A stretch of DNA of 10,156 nt from an uncultured Nitrospinaceae bacterium. GTDB taxonomy: Bacteria > UBA8248. Below the pieces are notes generated by a model. The model was not told the DNA's origin. It saw only the letters and a list, made by a program, of their open reading frames with translations, and made no database searches. Shown in pieces: positions 6,869 through 10,156 of the stretch. The translations under genes and the position numbers were made by a program. Location of the stretch: the NCBI GenBank assembly GCA_964005815.1, contig CAXFSR010000038.1:1-10156 (forward strand), written 5' to 3'. How positions within the stretch are numbered: the stretch's first letter is position 1; each line of letters starts with the position of its first letter.

Positions 6869-9595
6869 CTATTTTAACTCTCCCCAATTCTTTCCAGTAT
6901 GTACTTCAACCACCACTGGAACTTCTAACGAAATTGCATTTTCCATCTCGCTTGAAGCAAATTCCATCGAGGATTCTAGTTCCTTTGGAGGCGATTCGAA
7001 CAGCAATTCATCATGTACTTGAACTAACATTTTCGTTTGTTTTTTTTCAATTTCTAATTTGGTAAAAATATCAACCATTGCTTTCTTGATTATATCTGCT
7101 GCACTTCCTTGAATAACTGAATTCACCGCTGTTCTCTCTGAAGCTCTTCTTAAATTCTGATTTCTACTTTCTATGTCAGGAATATACCTTCTTCTCCCTA
7201 GTAAAGTAGAAATATATCCCTTTTCTTTAGCTTCTTCGACTACCTTATCGACAAATGCAGGAACACTTGAAAAACGTTCGAAATATTTTTCAATAAAAGA
7301 ACGGGCTTCACTCTGGGGAATTCCAAGTGTTTTAGATAAACCGAATGCTCCCTGTCCATAAATTATACCAAAATTCACAGCTTTTGCGATTCGGCGCATT
7401 TCCGATGTTACCTCTTCAAGGGAAACACCAAATACAGCCGAAGCAGTAGTAGAATGAACATCCTCTCCTTTAGAAAATGCATCCACTAAACTTGGATCGA
7501 GTGTAAAGTGCGCCAAGACTCGAAGTTCAATTTGACTATAATCACACGCAAAAATAGACCACCCATCTCTTGGAATAAATGCAGAACGAATTTCTTTTCC
7601 AAGATCGGTTCTAATTGGGATATTTTGCAAATTTGGATCAGAGCTACTTAAGCGACCGGTTGCAGTAATCGTTTGATTAAAATGTGTGTGAATTCTACCT
7701 GTTTTCTTATATACAAGCCTTGGAAGTGCATCGACATACGTGTTTTTTAGTTTCGTAAGTTGTCTATATTGAAGAATGATATTGGGCAATTCATGAAGAT
7801 GAGATAACCTTTCCAGTGTATCAATATCTGTAGATGCTCCTGTCTTTGTTTTTTTCATTACTGGAAGATTAAGATTCTCAAAAAGGATGCGACGTAGTTG
7901 TACTGTGGAATTAATATTGAATTCTTCTTCGGCTAATTCATATATTTTTTGGGTCATCTCTTCTAGTTGCACTTCTAACTTCAAACTCATTTTATCCAAG
8001 AGGTCTACATTTAATCTTATTCCCGTTGTCTCCATATCTAACAAAATTTCTAACAAAGGAATTTCTAAATCTGAGAATAATTCGTTTAGTTTATCTTCCT
8101 TCAATTGTTCTTTCATTTTTTCTGCTAAACGGAAGGTAATATCCGCATCCTGACAGGCATATTGTGTTGCATCTTCTATAGAAACTTCTGAAAAAGAAAT
8201 CTGTTTAGCACCTTTGCCACAAATATCCACATATTTAATCGTGGAAATACCAAAATATTCTTCTGCGAGATGATCTAATCCATGACTCGTACGGTTAGAA
8301 AAGATAAGATAAGAAGCTAACATTGTATCAAAAATGTTACCTTTAACTTCATATCCATTTTCTCTAAAAACGGAAATATCATACTTTATATTTTGACCAA
8401 TTTTCTCCTTTTCATCAGAAAGAAGGAAAGAAGAAAGATTCTTCATAACTAATTTCAGAGAAAGTTGTGCACTTTTAGGTTCATTTTTGTGACCAACAGG
8501 AATATAGAACGCTTCCCCTGTACTAACACTCAGACTTATACCAACAATTTCAGCTTCTTTTGGATCTAAAGACGTTGTTTCAAGATCTATTGAAAAAGAC
8601 GTACTCTTTTCCAAGATTTTAACAAGTCTTTCTAAATCAGATTTTGATATAATTTTCCTGTACTTTTCATTTTTCTGGATAAAAGGTTCTGTATCTTCTG
8701 TTTTTTTCGAATCACTCGATTTATAACCAGGAAGTTGTTCTAAAATATTTTTAAACTCAAGTTCTTCTATAAAAAGCTTTCTTCCCAACTCAATATTTGC
8801 ATCTTTTAGCCTATAATTATCCAAAGAATTTTTCTGTTCGGCATCACACTTGATTCTACAAAGATCCCTTGAAAGTAAAATTAAATTTTTATTTTCCTCT
8901 AGGATTTGTTTTTGCTTAGGTCTTTTCACTTTTGTAATTGAATTCAATAGATTATCCAGACTTCCAAATTCTTGAATAAGCGAAACTGCTGTTTTCTCTC
9001 CTATACCTGGCGCGCCAGGAATATTATCTGTCGAATCACCCATAAGTGCCTGAATGTCTATGAATTTATCGGGAGCAACTCCCCATTTTTGTTCTATCTC
9101 TGTCGGACCATATTCTTCATCCTTCATTGGATCCCATATACGAATGTTCTCACTCACTAACTGTGCAAAATCTTTATCTCCAGTTATAAGAAGAACTTCA
9201 AATTTTTCCTTCAAAGCTTCGTGCGCGAGCGAACCTAAAAGATCATCCGCTTCTAAACCTGCCTCTACAAGAAGAGGAATATTAAGGATTTCAACAACTC
9301 GATGAATTAGCGGAATTTGTGAAACTAGATCTTCAGGTGCAGCATCACGGTTTGCTTTGTATTCAGGGAAAATAGAATGTCTATGGGTAGGTTCAGGTCT
9401 ATCAAAAGCAATAGCAGCATAATCAGGTTTTTTGTCTCGAATAACTTTCAAAAGCATTCGGGTAAAGGCAAGAACGGCACCAGTGGGATTACCTTTAGAA
9501 TTTCTTAAGTTCTGACGCATCATAGCGTAATAGGCTCGAAACATATATCCCGAACCATCTATTAAGAAAATTTTCTTTTGCTCTTTAGTACTCAA
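6869..9595 (-). CDS. polA: DNA polymerase I
   Basis: 5'-3' exonuclease (LIDG, EADD, TGDKD, GDSTDNIPGAPGIGEKTA). Intact-looking 3'-5' exonuclease motifs (DLETT, GQNIKYD, YACQD). Polymerase motifs TGRLSSSDPNLQNIP, DYSQIELR, AKAVNFGIIYG, VHDE. Start probably TTG at 9595 (AGGAG 5 nt upstream) rather than ATG at 9640. Confidence 0.98.
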   Translation of the reverse strand: MSTKEQKKIFLIDGSGYMFRAYYAMMRQNLRNSKGNPTGAVLAFTRMLLKVIRDKKPDYAAIAFDRPEPTHRHSIFPEYKANRDAAPEDLVSQIPLIHRVVEILNIPLLVEAGLEADDLLGSLAHEALKEKFEVLLITGDKDFAQLVSENIRIWDPMKDEEYGPTEIEQKWGVAPDKFIDIQALMGDSTDNIPGAPGIGEKTAVSLIQEFGSLDNLLNSITKVKRPKQKQILEENKNLILLSRDLCRIKCDAEQKNSLDNYRLKDANIELGRKLFIEELEFKNILEQLPGYKSSDSKKTEDTEPFIQKNEKYRKIISKSDLERLVKILEKSTSFSIDLETTSLDPKEAEIVGISLSVSTGEAFYIPVGHKNEPKSAQLSLKLVMKNLSSFLLSDEKEKIGQNIKYDISVFRENGYEVKGNIFDTMLASYLIFSNRTSHGLDHLAEEYFGISTIKYVDICGKGAKQISFSEVSIEDATQYACQDADITFRLAEKMKEQLKEDKLNELFSDLEIPLLEILLDMETTGIRLNVDLLDKMSLKLEVQLEEMTQKIYELAEEEFNINSTVQLRRILFENLNLPVMKKTKTGASTDIDTLERLSHLHELPNIILQYRQLTKLKNTYVDALPRLVYKKTGRIHTHFNQTITATGRLSSSDPNLQNIPIRTDLGKEIRSAFIPRDGWSIFACDYSQIELRVLAHFTLDPSLVDAFSKGEDVHSTTASAVFGVSLEEVTSEMRRIAKAVNFGIIYGQGAFGLSKTLGIPQSEARSFIEKYFERFSSVPAFVDKVVEEAKEKGYISTLLGRRRYIPDIESRNQNLRRASERTAVNSVIQGSAADIIKKAMVDIFTKLEIEKKQTKMLVQVHDELLFESPPKELESSMEFASSEMENAISLEVPVVVEVHTGKNWGELK

Positions 9596-9693
9596 GAATT
9601 CTCCTAGTAAATCCTTATCTATTTTACAACTTGATTGCATAGAAAAGAAATGATCGATAAATAAAATGCACAGTTACTTAATTTCTCAAAAAC

Positions 9694-9721
9694 ATTATAA
9701 TTATAAAAAATGTCTAGACAA
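9694..9721 (-). promoter_or_regulatory. Candidate sigma70 promoter for polA (TTGTCT-N16-TATAAT)
   Basis: Minus-strand TTGTCT (9716-9721) and TATAAT (9694-9699) with a 16-nt spacer. The palindrome TTATAATTATAA (9695-9706) also supplies a plus-strand TATAAT (9696-9701). Confidence 0.4.
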
Positions 9722-9733
9722 AATGTTTAGACC
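9707..9733. promoter_or_regulatory. Tandem candidate GntR (HutC-subfamily) operator boxes
   Basis: AAAATGTCTAGAC (9707-9719) and AAAATGTTTAGAC (9720-9732) form a 12/13 tandem repeat. The first contains the perfect palindrome TGTCTAGACA (9711-9720). Both fit GTnTAnAC. Confidence 0.5.
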
Positions 9734-9768
9734 CTATGATGAATCATTCCTTAATTGGAGAAGCTACA

Positions 9769-10156
9769 ATGCATATAGATATTCACTGTCATATCTATCC
9801 TAATGAATATGTCAATTTAATTGAAAAAGAAGGGCCACGTTTTGGAGTAGAAGTCAAAGAAAACAGTTCTGGAGAAAGACAAATAAATGTCAAAGGGCTG
9901 AATTTTGGGAATCTACAAAATTTTACAGATGTTGATCTGAGACTAGAAAAAATGCAAGAAATGGGGCTAGATATGAATATCCTGTCTTTTTCCTCAAATC
10001 CAGGCGTATATTGGGCCGACTCCGAACTAGCAAATGAGTTATGCAAAGTATCCAATAATGCCTATGCAAAAATTATAAAGGAAAGACCCGATAAATTTGC
10101 AGGGTTTGCCGCTCTTCCTGCCCAAGATGGAAATCTTTCATCTGCAGAGCTCGAAC
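9769..10156 (+). CDS. Amidohydrolase_2 family protein (ACMSD/LigW-like decarboxylase or hydrolase), 5' part; truncated by the window edge
   Basis: Not in the ORF track. GGAG at 9757-9760, ATG at 9769, open to the edge: MHIDIHCHIYP...DLRLEKMQEMGLDMNILS...LCKVSNNAYAKIIKERPDKFAGFAALPAQD. It has the IDxHxH metal motif and the 'N...PdrF.g.a.lP.qD' family signature. Confidence 0.9.
   Translation, partial: MHIDIHCHIYPNEYVNLIEKEGPRFGVEVKENSSGERQINVKGLNFGNLQNFTDVDLRLEKMQEMGLDMNILSFSSNPGVYWADSELANELCKVSNNAYAKIIKERPDKFAGFAALPAQDGNLSSAELE

Noticed and set aside
6986..6993. TGGAGGCG match to the ssrA 3' end inside polA
   Set aside because: 8-nt match within a conserved coding region on the wrong side of ssrA; chance.
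645..9305. Short plus-strand ORFs (645, 874, 1312, 3340, 3537, 4245, 5535, 5621, 5898, 6856, 7173, 7887, 8972, 9054)
   Set aside because: All lie antisense to well-supported genes and show no recognisable motifs.
9795..10055. 86-aa minus-strand ORF
   Set aside because: Antisense shadow of the plus-strand amidohydrolase, which has an RBS and family motifs.
1..10156. CRISPR array, IS element, integrase, intein or frameshifted pseudogene
   Set aside because: No spaced repeats, terminal inverted repeats or recombinase motifs seen; polA, rnr and smpB are uninterrupted and of normal length.

Overview
AT-rich bacterial chromosomal window, mostly housekeeping. A long minus-strand run reads polA -> PPP-family metallophosphoesterase -> rnr (RNase R) -> smpB -> 64-aa membrane protein -> ssrA (tmRNA, 2620-2976, probable tag ADNELALAA) -> a stand-alone xanthine-dehydrogenase-family molybdopterin subunit -> the 5' part of a secreted, probably Sel1-repeat protein cut by the left edge. 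A divergent plus-strand amidohydrolase_2 (ACMSD-like) gene starts at 9769 and is cut by the right edge. The ORF track missed the tmRNA and both edge genes, and probably over-extends three starts. I see no integrase, transposase, CRISPR array or defence system, and I cannot claim a clearly new system. The best leads are: two extra genes inside the ribosome-rescue cluster, a possible terminator/antiterminator switch before smpB, an orphan Mo subunit starting 29 nt after the tmRNA CCA with a degenerate T-loop copy on its far side, and tandem HutC-type GntR boxes in the polA/amidohydrolase divergent promoter. All calls were made by eye; no database search or folding was run.
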